From positions 17,346 to 81,345 of the forward strand of contig JAJRWI010000007.1 of the NCBI GenBank assembly GCA_024276825.1: 64,000 nucleotides of DNA, given 5' to 3'. The translations under genes and the position numbers were made by a program. Of the stretch, positions 19,386 to 30,419 are shown piece by piece (within the stretch, counting starts at the first letter, position 1; each line of letters starts with the position of its first letter). The stretch is from an archaeon (GTDB lineage Archaea; Asgardarchaeota; Thorarchaeia; Thorarchaeales; Thorarchaeaceae). A model generated the notes under the pieces. It was not told the origin of the DNA. It was given only the letters and a program-made list of their open reading frames with translations, and searched no databases.

Positions 19386-20254
19386 GCAAGATCATAGAGA
19401 AGGAAGAGGTAGCACCCAACATTCACCGAGTTGTATTTGATGCTCCGAAGATTGCCCGAAAGGTCAAGCCAGGACAGTTCGTCATTGTTATTCCTGATGA
19501 GTTCGGAGAAAGAACACCATTCACAGTTGCAGACTGGGATTCGGAGAGAGGAACAATCACAATATTCTTTCTTGAAGTTGGGGTTTCAACAATGAAGCTC
19601 GCCAAAATGGGCCCAGGGGATTGTGTTCACACTCTGGTGGGACCACTGGGTAAGCCAACAAAGATTGAGAAGTTCGGGACTGTTGTTCTTGGTGGAGGCT
19701 GCTATGGGCTTGGTGCCATCTATCCCTTGGCTAGGGCTTTCAAGGAAGCAGGCAACAAGGTAATTGTAGTCACTGAGGGTAGAACCAGATATGTCCTCTT
19801 CAATCTCAAAAGACTTCAAGAAGTAGCTGATGAGATGATCATTACCACATCAGATGGATCTCTGGGAATAAAGGGTCATGCTCATGATGCTGTCCGAATG
19901 CTTGTTGAACGTGGTGAAAAGATTGACCATGTGCATTTTGTGGGATGCACATACATGATGATGACCGGTTCGAAGACTACCAAGGAGTTAAACATTCCAA
20001 TAGTAGTCAGCCTTGCCGCCCTAATGGTGGATGGTACAGGAATGTGCGGTTGTTGTCGGGTCATTGTTGGCGGAGAAACTAAGTTTGCATGCGTCGATGG
20101 ACCCGATTTTGATGGGCATCTGGTCGACTGGGAGATTGTGGCAGCGCGTGCTGGAGCTTATGTGCCAGAGGAGAACCTAGCGTATCAATTTTATAAGATG
20201 CGAGAAGATGACACCTCGCATGCCAAGTGCGAATGTCAGGAGGAGGTGCAGTGA
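19382..20254 (+). CDS. nfnA: NfnA/SudB-type FAD/NAD-binding [2Fe-2S] subunit
   Basis: PGQFVI, GERTPFTV, GPLG, MVDGTGMCGCCRV...ACVDGPDFDGH. Confidence 0.93.
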   Translation: MSKIIEKEEVAPNIHRVVFDAPKIARKVKPGQFVIVIPDEFGERTPFTVADWDSERGTITIFFLEVGVSTMKLAKMGPGDCVHTLVGPLGKPTKIEKFGTVVLGGGCYGLGAIYPLARAFKEAGNKVIVVTEGRTRYVLFNLKRLQEVADEMIITTSDGSLGIKGHAHDAVRMLVERGEKIDHVHFVGCTYMMMTGSKTTKELNIPIVVSLAALMVDGTGMCGCCRVIVGGETKFACVDGPDFDGHLVDWEIVAARAGAYVPEENLAYQFYKMREDDTSHAKCECQEEVQ

Positions 20255-21706
<1,452 letters not shown>

Positions 21707-21709
21707 CTA

Positions 21710-23419
21710 TCAGATTCTATAAACATCTTTGACCTCCCTCACCACCAGATCAACAAGTGCATTCTCAGACGGCACAGGGATTACTAAGGCACCCACAGCC
21801 TTCAAGTCTCTGTGCGTCTTTGGTTCTCTCTTTTCTGAAGATCCAATATGAAAAAGGAAGAACCTATGACCTCGTGATACAAGGTCCCTTACTACTTTTA
21901 CCAGATTACTCCAATTGACAATCTCAGCATCCGTCATCATAAGAACTATGACACTAGAGCCAGCGTCATTGCATAGTTGTCTGATTTCCTTGATTGGGGC
22001 GATGGTCCCAGACCCTTGATATGAGAGGAGAACTTTTTCTACGTTCATGCGTTCTCTTGTCCAGGTGCAATGTCGGACACCGCTGGAGAAGTTGATAGCT
22101 GCAAACCTTCGACCGCTACGTTCTGCAAAATCAAGCGCGGCAAATGCTGAAATTAGAGCCAGATGATAGATGCCCTTCATCTGTCCGCCTTGGTGACTAA
22201 AAGACATCGAACCGCTGGAATCAATGACTATCAGCATGTCAGGGATGTTCTTGGAGGGCTTGTCACCATAGGATGATACCTTCAACCATTTTCGTGTGGA
22301 CATGTTTGGCACGAGAATGGGAAACGCCTGTAGAGATTGAACAAGGTCGAGTTCCTCAATTGGGTCACCAAGCCTCCATGGTTCAGGAGCGAGTGGCACA
22401 GATCCAGTAAGAACCCTCTCTCGTATTTCGAACCGTATTGCTGTTCTCGCCTTGGCCCTATACCAAAAGTGAATCCATTTGTCATGAACATTGCCAAACC
22501 CGGCAAGTAGAAATACTGCCTCAATGTCATTTAGATTTCCACCCCTTGACTCCACCTCAATCGCCAGCCGTTCCATCTCGGAGTCGGCGTCGTCAATATG
22601 TTCACTCCTCGTGCATTGTCGGGCCTTGTCCCCATTTCGATCCTCAATCGGCGATCCCATTATTGCATCCACATCCAATGGAACAAAGATTGTTCTTTCA
22701 CCAGTACCGTCAGTGGCTGTGCAGAGCTCCTCCCCCTTTTCCATGGTTTCAGGTAGCCAGTCCTTCAAAATCTTGGCAATCTCGCTTGTTGCACGGGGCC
22801 ATTTCGTTTCATTGTTCATGTATTTTCGAGCTGTTTCAATTACTCTCTCAGCAGTCAAATAGGTCTCCTGATCGACATGGGAAAGATGGGGGATGGGAAA
22901 ACCCCACATGGCCCTATAGCAAGAAACAATCAGCTTCCATAAGCGGCTGTGTTCAGTTGAGCGAGCGGCCGAGTCATGAATGGAGAGTCCAATTCGCTCA
23001 TGCGTAAGACTTGGAAACCTCTTGAGAAGATGTGAGTCTACGACCAGATCAGCGAACAGGTTGCAGACAAACATTGCATGTTCATCGTCGATATGCTTTC
23101 TTGCAGATGCAAACATCATTCCGCTGGTCACCCCATCATAGGGGCATAGCAAATAATGCTGAATCTCATGATGAGTTATGGACCTGATGAACCTGAATTT
23201 TGCGTTCGAATTAATGTGAAGAGGGACCCCAACAAGATTCAGATGAACAGTCCAGTCGTTGGAATCGATATAGAAATAGCTAGAGGATGATGGGTCGAAT
23301 TCAAACTTGGGTGAGGGCAAAGGGGGATGATAGAAGTCTGCCAAAGCCTGAGAGTATGCCCGGTCAGCAAGCTCCATAAGATGGTTAATCTCTGCTTGAT
23401 CTAGCTGTGTAAGAGTCAA
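21710..23419 (-). CDS. VWA-domain protein with N-terminal zincin-like (HExxH) domain, MoxR partner
   Basis: HHEIQH...CNLFADLVVD; MIDAS DSSGS, GSGT, MMTDAE. Confidence 0.8.
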   Translation of the reverse strand: MTLTQLDQAEINHLMELADRAYSQALADFYHPPLPSPKFEFDPSSSSYFYIDSNDWTVHLNLVGVPLHINSNAKFRFIRSITHHEIQHYLLCPYDGVTSGMMFASARKHIDDEHAMFVCNLFADLVVDSHLLKRFPSLTHERIGLSIHDSAARSTEHSRLWKLIVSCYRAMWGFPIPHLSHVDQETYLTAERVIETARKYMNNETKWPRATSEIAKILKDWLPETMEKGEELCTATDGTGERTIFVPLDVDAIMGSPIEDRNGDKARQCTRSEHIDDADSEMERLAIEVESRGGNLNDIEAVFLLAGFGNVHDKWIHFWYRAKARTAIRFEIRERVLTGSVPLAPEPWRLGDPIEELDLVQSLQAFPILVPNMSTRKWLKVSSYGDKPSKNIPDMLIVIDSSGSMSFSHQGGQMKGIYHLALISAFAALDFAERSGRRFAAINFSSGVRHCTWTRERMNVEKVLLSYQGSGTIAPIKEIRQLCNDAGSSVIVLMMTDAEIVNWSNLVKVVRDLVSRGHRFFLFHIGSSEKREPKTHRDLKAVGALVIPVPSENALVDLVVREVKDVYRI

Positions 23420-23431
23420 TACAGTTCCATC

Positions 23432-25138
23432 CTAGGATTTTATGAATGATTCAACCTCTTTACGGACAATGACTGCCGAACTCCCACCTGAGACCTCGAT
23501 GAAGACAGCAGAATCAGGAGAGTCGCCAGTAACATAGATAACAAGAGTGAGATCCTCTGTTCGAATCACTTTTCTCTTTGGTGGTTCAAGGGTTTCCTTT
23601 AGTATTGCAGTCATCTTTGGAAAGTGGATGCTTATGTTAGACCACAGATCAGTCCATTGCTCAAAGCTCACAGTGAATCGTGAGAGTGTGAGTCTGTGAA
23701 GTTCTTCTGACACCCTTCGCAGAAGCATACTTCGGTTTGGAAAGTCGGTTTCACGGAGAAGAGTTTCTTGGACTTTTGTGAGAGCTGCGACATCTTTCTT
23801 GCTAATGCTCCTCTCAATCTCCTTGACCATTCTTACATAGTGTTTCTTGTTTAGCTCCTTAGCGAATGCAATATAATCAAGGCTTACTAGAAGGTCGCTC
23901 TTTGCCATCTCTTTGATTTCTGCAACATCCTCAGCAGTTGCATCACCATGCTCAAGTCTATGGATAAGGTCTAGCACCGGCCTTCTTTGAGCGAAACGAG
24001 CAGTGGCCATCTTTACAAGATGTGTAGTATATTCATACTTATCGCCATAAAATGGGCGACCCTCAATCTCATCAGATATATATTCAATTCTATGCCAAAA
24101 GACCAGCGGTGCAAGCGACTGTATTATCTCAATACTGACCTCTGTTGCTCCCAATAACCAAGCCACAGCTTTAGAATAGCGATTCAGGTCCTTTGCCGCT
24201 CTTACACTGAGAGGTGTCAATACCTTATTACAAATGCTCTTTTTTGTGTTAAAATGGCAACCGTCACATAGACCATTCTGAGGAGTGAGCGTTCTTGACT
24301 GACTCTTGTCCGTTCTAATGCATGCCCCAAACTCTCTAATCAGTGACCTCAGGTATTCGGAAGCCTCGTCTGAAACAGGAACTTTGTCAGCAAGATTCCA
24401 AATAGTCAAGACTTCCTCTTCGTTGAGGATTGCTGGGACCTGCCATAGTTCATCATATCCGAACAATCGTTCATCACGGGTTGAGAGAATTAGCTGTAGA
24501 TCTGTGACCGTTGGCATAGTAATAGGCACCGCAATGCCAAACCTATCGAGGAAGGGTGGTGCCATCTCAAATGTTCCAGCATCAGTCGGATTAAGAGTTG
24601 CATAGAGGCAGTATTCCTCACATCGCATGACTTCATCATAATACTTTAACTCACCCTCTGCAAGCATTGAGAGAAGGATGTTCTGAGCATGAGGAGTGAG
24701 CCTGTTCACTTCATCAATGATCTTCCAGAAATCCTTGACAAAGGCCCTCCAAACTACTTCTTCAATGCCATCTTTCATTAGGGGACCAGGTCTTAGTGTG
24801 GCGACCATCTTCTCTTCAGTTAGCTGTGGGTGGCCTCGAAGAATCCCCGCCTCGATGTCATGAATCCTCTTTCCAGTCATCATACGACCCAGAAGCTTGA
24901 CTAGTGTTGTCTTGCCACCACCGTGGCCGCCCACAAGCAGCATGGCAGATCTCGGGACCAGTGCATTGATCACACAGGCCCCAGCAATCAGGGGGATTCT
25001 TTTAGATTTCACCTTGCCATTGGTGCCTGTGAATTTGATTGTGAGATTTCTTGAATGTACAAAGAGCCCACGACTCTCGACAGTGGCAATTACTCGAAGT
25101 ACTTTCTGTCTCAATTCTTCATTCTGAGTGACTTGCAT
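23432..25138 (-). CDS. MoxR-like AAA+ ATPase
   Basis: Walker A GGHGGGKTT, Walker B IIDEVNR, ATLNP, FLDRF, sensor-2 LSVRA. Confidence 0.88.
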   Translation of the reverse strand: MQVTQNEELRQKVLRVIATVESRGLFVHSRNLTIKFTGTNGKVKSKRIPLIAGACVINALVPRSAMLLVGGHGGGKTTLVKLLGRMMTGKRIHDIEAGILRGHPQLTEEKMVATLRPGPLMKDGIEEVVWRAFVKDFWKIIDEVNRLTPHAQNILLSMLAEGELKYYDEVMRCEEYCLYATLNPTDAGTFEMAPPFLDRFGIAVPITMPTVTDLQLILSTRDERLFGYDELWQVPAILNEEEVLTIWNLADKVPVSDEASEYLRSLIREFGACIRTDKSQSRTLTPQNGLCDGCHFNTKKSICNKVLTPLSVRAAKDLNRYSKAVAWLLGATEVSIEIIQSLAPLVFWHRIEYISDEIEGRPFYGDKYEYTTHLVKMATARFAQRRPVLDLIHRLEHGDATAEDVAEIKEMAKSDLLVSLDYIAFAKELNKKHYVRMVKEIERSISKKDVAALTKVQETLLRETDFPNRSMLLRRVSEELHRLTLSRFTVSFEQWTDLWSNISIHFPKMTAILKETLEPPKRKVIRTEDLTLVIYVTGDSPDSAVFIEVSGGSSAVIVRKEVESFIKS

Positions 25139-25316
25139 GTCAGATAATCCCTAGAATTTATCACTATTGAACTTTCACACTTTGCCGTTTAAAGATACGC
25201 TAATACGGACTTGATACCACGGTTATTAGTCAGCTACTGCTTAATAACGGGTGATATTGGCGCGATTCTCACACACTTGCCGAATGAATAATATAGACTG
25301 ACGAGTTTGTTTCGTA

Positions 25317-26390
25317 ATGGAGGAATCAGAGTTATATTCAGAAATGGTGGAGCTAATAGACTCGGACGAGTTCAAGAAAGAGAAGATAAGTCAGTATTCC
25401 ATCAACATTGAGGCAGAGAACTTTCTTTCTACACTTGAGAGGTATGCAAGTGTTAAGAGCCATCTTGAAGAGATTGGACTATCGTTTAATGGCAGGGTGC
25501 TCATTATTGGCACTTCAGGCACAGATTTTCGAGCATTCGCGACCAAGATTGCAAAAGACAGGCAATACAAGATTGCAACGCTGAGGATGAATCAGATACT
25601 TGGTAATGTTGACAGGCAACTTGAAGGGATCAGACTACTGTTTGAGATGGCAAGAAGAAATGCACCTTGCATCCTTAGTCTTGAACAGGTCGATGTCATT
25701 GCTCCCAGCAAATCATCATCTGGAGCACTATTAATGCAAGAACTCAATAGTATAACATGGAGCGAAAATGAGATAGTAACAATTGCCACAACCACTCAAC
25801 CAGATAATATTGATAGAGATCTCTTGGAGTTATTCGGAAGTATCATAGTGGTTGAAGGAACCACTCTTGATGACCGCGTGCGTGTATTTGAATCTGTCTT
25901 AAGGAATAGAGAACATATGCCAGTGACAACCCTGGCTGAGCTGACTAGGGGTTGGAGCTTTATAGAAGTCATTCATCTTGCAATTAATATATTGATCAAA
26001 ACATCTGATGATGAACAAAGGCAAACGAGAGAGGCAATTGAACGCCTGATTGAGGAGTCAAGAGTCATTCCAATTAGCAGAGCAGGTCTCATTGCATCAA
26101 TCACCGAAAGAATCAGAGGGCAAGTAGTGGGTAGGTCAAAGCACATTGATGTTGAGTATCCTGAAGAGTTCGTAGAACAGCTGTATCTTGAGGCAGTTGC
26201 AGACGATTACTCGAGTACTCAGAGAGTCATTGATACTTTGAACTCAAACATGCCACTCTCAGAGGAAGACTTGAGATTCTTAACACGGTATCCATTCATT
26301 TTGGCTGGGACATCTGAAGAAAGAACGATGAATCTGATTAAGGCTAAGAGGACAATCGATAGACTCCGAAGAATAATGGGAAGAAAATAG
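25317..26390 (+). CDS. Degenerate (predicted inactive) classical-clade AAA ATPase-like protein
   Basis: VLIIGTSGTDFR, LFEMARRNAPCILSLEQVD and IATTTQPDNIDRDLL align with Walker A, Walker B and SRH positions but lack the catalytic residues. Confidence 0.75.
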   Translation: MEESELYSEMVELIDSDEFKKEKISQYSINIEAENFLSTLERYASVKSHLEEIGLSFNGRVLIIGTSGTDFRAFATKIAKDRQYKIATLRMNQILGNVDRQLEGIRLLFEMARRNAPCILSLEQVDVIAPSKSSSGALLMQELNSITWSENEIVTIATTTQPDNIDRDLLELFGSIIVVEGTTLDDRVRVFESVLRNREHMPVTTLAELTRGWSFIEVIHLAINILIKTSDDEQRQTREAIERLIEESRVIPISRAGLIASITERIRGQVVGRSKHIDVEYPEEFVEQLYLEAVADDYSSTQRVIDTLNSNMPLSEEDLRFLTRYPFILAGTSEERTMNLIKAKRTIDRLRRIMGRK

Positions 26391-26404
26391 AGGGAATGTG
26401 AATA

Positions 26405-29400
26405 TTGAGTGAGAGTAGGGTGTTCATAGAGTCTGTTCGACTGCACAATTTTCTCTCATTTTATGATGAGACCGTCGAGCTCGATAGGGGTCTCACCGTG
26501 ATAGTTGGGCATAACGGCTCAGGCAAGACCTCAATATTCCAAGGCATCAAATTTGCAATGGGATCCAATCAGCGAGATGAGCGATATCCCAAATGGAGCG
26601 ATTTTGTAAGGAATGGCGCATCAATGGCAGAAGTTGAGGTCGTCTTGAACATTAATGGAACAAAACGAAGAATACTTCGGAAAATTGACAGAAGGGGGCA
26701 TCCACAGCCATATATTGATGGGAAGCGTGTGAAGGCCGCATATCTTCAGGAGTTTGTTTCATCATTGAAGTTTGATGTGAACAATAGTCTAGTATTCATG
26801 CCACAGGAGAAGATTAACTCGCTTCGCGATATGAACCCCATAACTGTCAGAAAACTCATTGAGGAAGGAACTGGACTTGATGCTCTCAGGGAGAGAATTC
26901 TTGCTCAAGAAGTCAATGTTGACCTGAATAGAACCAGACTTCAACAGACTCTGGAAGAATCACATATAGTAGAAAAAGAACTTGAATACATTCGAGAGAA
27001 AGTAGAGCGGCTGAAGAAAAAGAGAGAATTGCAGAAAAGAGAGAATGTGCTTGAAACAGAAGCAAAATGGGCCCTGTTTATTGATCGGACAGATAGGGTT
27101 GAAGAAACCAGAGAGAAGATTGAGGAACAGGAGCAGGGGCTATTAGAGATCTTTGAGAGATCCAAAGGCCTTCAGAGTGAGATTAAACAAAGAGAAGAAA
27201 CAATCTCAGAGATTCAAGAGAAAATAGATAGTCTGAGAAAAGAACAGATGGACATCCAATTGAAGATCAATAGAAAGGAAAATGAGATAGAAAGCAAGAG
27301 AAGTGAAGACAGACGGAATCTAGAGGAACTGAAAAAGCTTCAGGGATTGTTAAAGAAGAACGAAAGAACACTCAAAGATAGAAAAAAACGACTTGTTCAA
27401 ATTGCTAAGAGAAGAGAGAAGCTCAAACTTAGGGCTGAAACTTTGAAGGAGTCAATTGAAAAATACGAGAGGGACCTTGAAGGCGTAGAGGCTGCACTGG
27501 ACAGATTTGCAGAATGGACCCAGAAGAGAAATGAGATGCAAGGTAAACTAAATGCAGTACTGTATGATAAAAAGAACAAGGAGTTTAAACTACGAAGCCT
27601 GAAAGAAAAGCTTCTGATCGAACAGGCAGAACTGGAAGATATCGAGCGGAGCTGGCAGGGAATCTGGTCATCCCTTGAAGATCTTGACGAACGAGAACTC
27701 AATCGAAGAATGGGAGCGATTGAGAGAGAGATCGAGTCATTAAATGAACAGAGAATCAGTATGCTAAGCAGGCTATCTGATATCAAGAAGCAAATCAGTA
27801 CAATAAAAGCTCAACTCGCTGAGAAGGACAATCGAATTCCTGAGGCCGTTCGATCACTCAAAAGAGCCATTGATGAACATCAATTAGAGAGTGTCTATGG
27901 TCCCATCTCAGATCTTTTGGGAGGAGTGAGGGAGTTTGCAGAACTGCTTGAATGGGTGTTTCCAGATAATTCGATATTCTCATTCATCGTGACTGATAAA
28001 GCAGATGGCATTCTAGTTCAGAAACTGCGTGATGGAATCGGTGCTCCATCACCAATTGTCATAGTCAAAGGCAATGCCACTGCGGAGCCCATTAAGTTGC
28101 CAAAAGACCCATCTATAATCGGACCATTATGGGACCTCTTGGAACTTGACTCACATCTGGCAGAGGTATTAAAAGCGGCATATGGAGAGTTCATTGTTGT
28201 AAAGACAAATCAAGCCGCCAAGCGAATTGCATCAAGAATTGGGATGAATGTGGTTTCTTTAAAGGGAGCAGTCATAATTCAGAGAGAAGCTTCTCTAATC
28301 AGTCTGCCAGTCATTGAACCCAGCGGGATATTGGTCACTGCCCCCTTGCAGACAAGACTAAAAGCGCTTCAGAGAGAAGAGGTCAGGGTCAATAAGCAAA
28401 TCACCGAGATAATGAGAAAAACGGAGGAGTTGAGAGAAGAGGGCGAGCAAGTCAGAAACACACTCAGTCAGATCCGTTCTAGGACTGAGGTCTGGGAGAA
28501 GAGAAGGGTATTGTCTGGAAGCATAACAACACTACAAGAACGCATTGCAGTTCTTAATGATGAACTTGTAGAAATCGATAAGCAACATGGTGAGTATGAG
28601 CGAGGTCTCAGAAGGCTTGACGAATCACAGCCCCCAGAGAGAGAGAAACTTGTGAGCAGACAAAGGGCATTAAACTTCAAACTCCGTGAGCTTGCCAAGG
28701 AGCAGCTAGGTATCGAACATAGTTTCGACTCATTATTTGACGAGGAAGATGATATTGAAAATAAGATTAAGCAGCTTAAAGAAGACAATGAGATGTTATC
28801 AGAGCAGATTATTGAAATCCGTGAGAGCATTGATAATTCAGAGTCAGCTATATCTGATATAATGCAAGAGATTGAAATGTTACAACAATCATTCGATAAT
28901 ACCAATATCGAGATAATTAGATTAAAGGAAGAACTGGTGGAGAATGAGGAGGAGTTGTCAGAACTACGTGAAAGACTGGTGGAGTTGAATGTTGCAATCC
29001 GCACACATAAGACCGATGTGGCCCATCTAAGAAGACAACTCACGATTCTTGAAGACGAACTTGAACGGCTCAGTTCAGAACTCAAAGAGAAGACTCGGCC
29101 AGAGAGTACAAGGCCTTTGGATCAGGTTCAGGAAGAACTTGTGGAAGTAAAAATACTATTGAAAAGTTATGAAGATGTTTCTGAATCAGTGGCTCACAAG
29201 CAAGAGAAACTGACAGAGCGGCTGAACAGACTTGTGGAGAAATCGGCAGAACTCCAAAGGGAGCTGGAAGAGGCAGAACTTGCTGTTAAGAATATCAAGG
29301 AGCAATATCATAACGAAATGGGCGAAATGTTGGCTGACATTCAGAATAAGATTAATGCAATCCTCGAACGAATTGACTTCCCAGGAACTGTCAGACTTGT

Positions 29401-29773
29401 ACTTAAAAACATGGGCAACGAGTATGGTGTTGAGATCAAGTCAAACATCAAAGACACAGAGTATAAAGACATCAATGCCTGTTCAGGTGGGGAGAGGTCA
29501 CTCTTGTCCCTTGGATTAATCCTCGCACTTCAAGAGTTCAATGCTGCCCCCACATACGCCTTTGATGAGATTGATGTCTTTCTTGATGCCACCAATACCG
29601 AGAACGTCGCATCGCTCCTTCATAATGCTTCTCTTGCAAGTCAGTTTATCGTGTTTACACCTGCAAGAAGTACTATCTTTCTTAGATATGCAGACAAGTT
29701 ACTGGGAGTTGCGCAAGGGAGAAACAGATCATCAGTAATAATTGAGGGACCAAGGTGTGGGAGGAATGACTAA
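26405..29773 (+). CDS. SMC-family ATPase, Smc5/6-like
   Basis: Walker A GHNGSGKT, Q-loop FMPQEKI, long coiled coils, central hinge VYGPISDL, signature SGGERS, Walker B/D-loop AFDEIDVFLD. Confidence 0.92.
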   Translation: MSESRVFIESVRLHNFLSFYDETVELDRGLTVIVGHNGSGKTSIFQGIKFAMGSNQRDERYPKWSDFVRNGASMAEVEVVLNINGTKRRILRKIDRRGHPQPYIDGKRVKAAYLQEFVSSLKFDVNNSLVFMPQEKINSLRDMNPITVRKLIEEGTGLDALRERILAQEVNVDLNRTRLQQTLEESHIVEKELEYIREKVERLKKKRELQKRENVLETEAKWALFIDRTDRVEETREKIEEQEQGLLEIFERSKGLQSEIKQREETISEIQEKIDSLRKEQMDIQLKINRKENEIESKRSEDRRNLEELKKLQGLLKKNERTLKDRKKRLVQIAKRREKLKLRAETLKESIEKYERDLEGVEAALDRFAEWTQKRNEMQGKLNAVLYDKKNKEFKLRSLKEKLLIEQAELEDIERSWQGIWSSLEDLDERELNRRMGAIEREIESLNEQRISMLSRLSDIKKQISTIKAQLAEKDNRIPEAVRSLKRAIDEHQLESVYGPISDLLGGVREFAELLEWVFPDNSIFSFIVTDKADGILVQKLRDGIGAPSPIVIVKGNATAEPIKLPKDPSIIGPLWDLLELDSHLAEVLKAAYGEFIVVKTNQAAKRIASRIGMNVVSLKGAVIIQREASLISLPVIEPSGILVTAPLQTRLKALQREEVRVNKQITEIMRKTEELREEGEQVRNTLSQIRSRTEVWEKRRVLSGSITTLQERIAVLNDELVEIDKQHGEYERGLRRLDESQPPEREKLVSRQRALNFKLRELAKEQLGIEHSFDSLFDEEDDIENKIKQLKEDNEMLSEQIIEIRESIDNSESAISDIMQEIEMLQQSFDNTNIEIIRLKEELVENEEELSELRERLVELNVAIRTHKTDVAHLRRQLTILEDELERLSSELKEKTRPESTRPLDQVQEELVEVKILLKSYEDVSESVAHKQEKLTERLNRLVEKSAELQRELEEAELAVKNIKEQYHNEMGEMLADIQNKINAILERIDFPGTVRLVLKNMGNEYGVEIKSNIKDTEYKDINACSGGERSLLSLGLILALQEFNAAPTYAFDEIDVFLDATNTENVASLLHNASLASQFIVFTPARSTIFLRYADKLLGVAQGRNRSSVIIEGPRCGRND

Positions 29774-30407
29774 AGCAGTGATGCAAGATATTGCCAAAAG
29801 AGTCTTCGCGCTATCAAAGCAAGTTCAGCAGGGGGAATTGGATCCTCTAGATGTGCCACTTACAGAAGAATATCAGACTCTATGTCGTTTAATTGCAGAT
29901 GTCAGCGACCGGCTGGATATTGATGAGATGCTAAATGCATTGCTTAATCAAAAGGTCATAAGGATACAGGAGTTAGCAAGAGTACTTGCAACACCTGACA
30001 TCTATGTTGAATATCTCAGATCAATCCCTGTCAGAAGGCTGGCCAATTTGATGTCTTACAAGAGACCATTGGTCATTGCAAGACTAGATCTTGATAGTAT
30101 GACGGCATCACTCACAAGAGTAATGGCAATTATAGATTCAATCTCTGCAGATCCTCCCGAAGAGATAGTCCCCGAAATTTCAGAAGTGCCTCCTGATTTC
30201 AAGATTGACTCTGAGAGTGCCCTTTTCATTGACGAGATGAGGGAGTTTGAAGAAACCATTCCAAGGGGAGTGAGAGTGCCATTAAACACCATCATTTTTT
30301 CGGAGGATGAGGAGGTTCATCTGAGACGATTTCTGTTTGTGATACTCCTGATAAGTAGAGGAGATCTGGTGTACTACAAAGAAACACAAGAAATCATGCG
30401 AGAATGA
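29766..30407 (+). CDS. Kleisin (ScpA/Nse4-like) subunit
   Basis: Overlaps the SMC stop by 8 nt. N-terminal GELDPLDV resembles archaeal ScpA GEIDPWDI; C-terminal RRFLFVILLISRGDL resembles the kleisin C-terminal winged helix. Confidence 0.72.
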   Translation: MTKAVMQDIAKRVFALSKQVQQGELDPLDVPLTEEYQTLCRLIADVSDRLDIDEMLNALLNQKVIRIQELARVLATPDIYVEYLRSIPVRRLANLMSYKRPLVIARLDLDSMTASLTRVMAIIDSISADPPEEIVPEISEVPPDFKIDSESALFIDEMREFEETIPRGVRVPLNTIIFSEDEEVHLRRFLFVILLISRGDLVYYKETQEIMRE

Positions 30408-30419
30408 GGAGATAAAGAC

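Noticed and set aside
28468-29085. 205-aa Ser-rich antisense ORF, and the many other short overlapping ORFs in the track
   Set aside because: These are shadow frames of real genes; the Ser/Leu richness mirrors the Glu/Arg/Lys codons of the SMC coiled coil.
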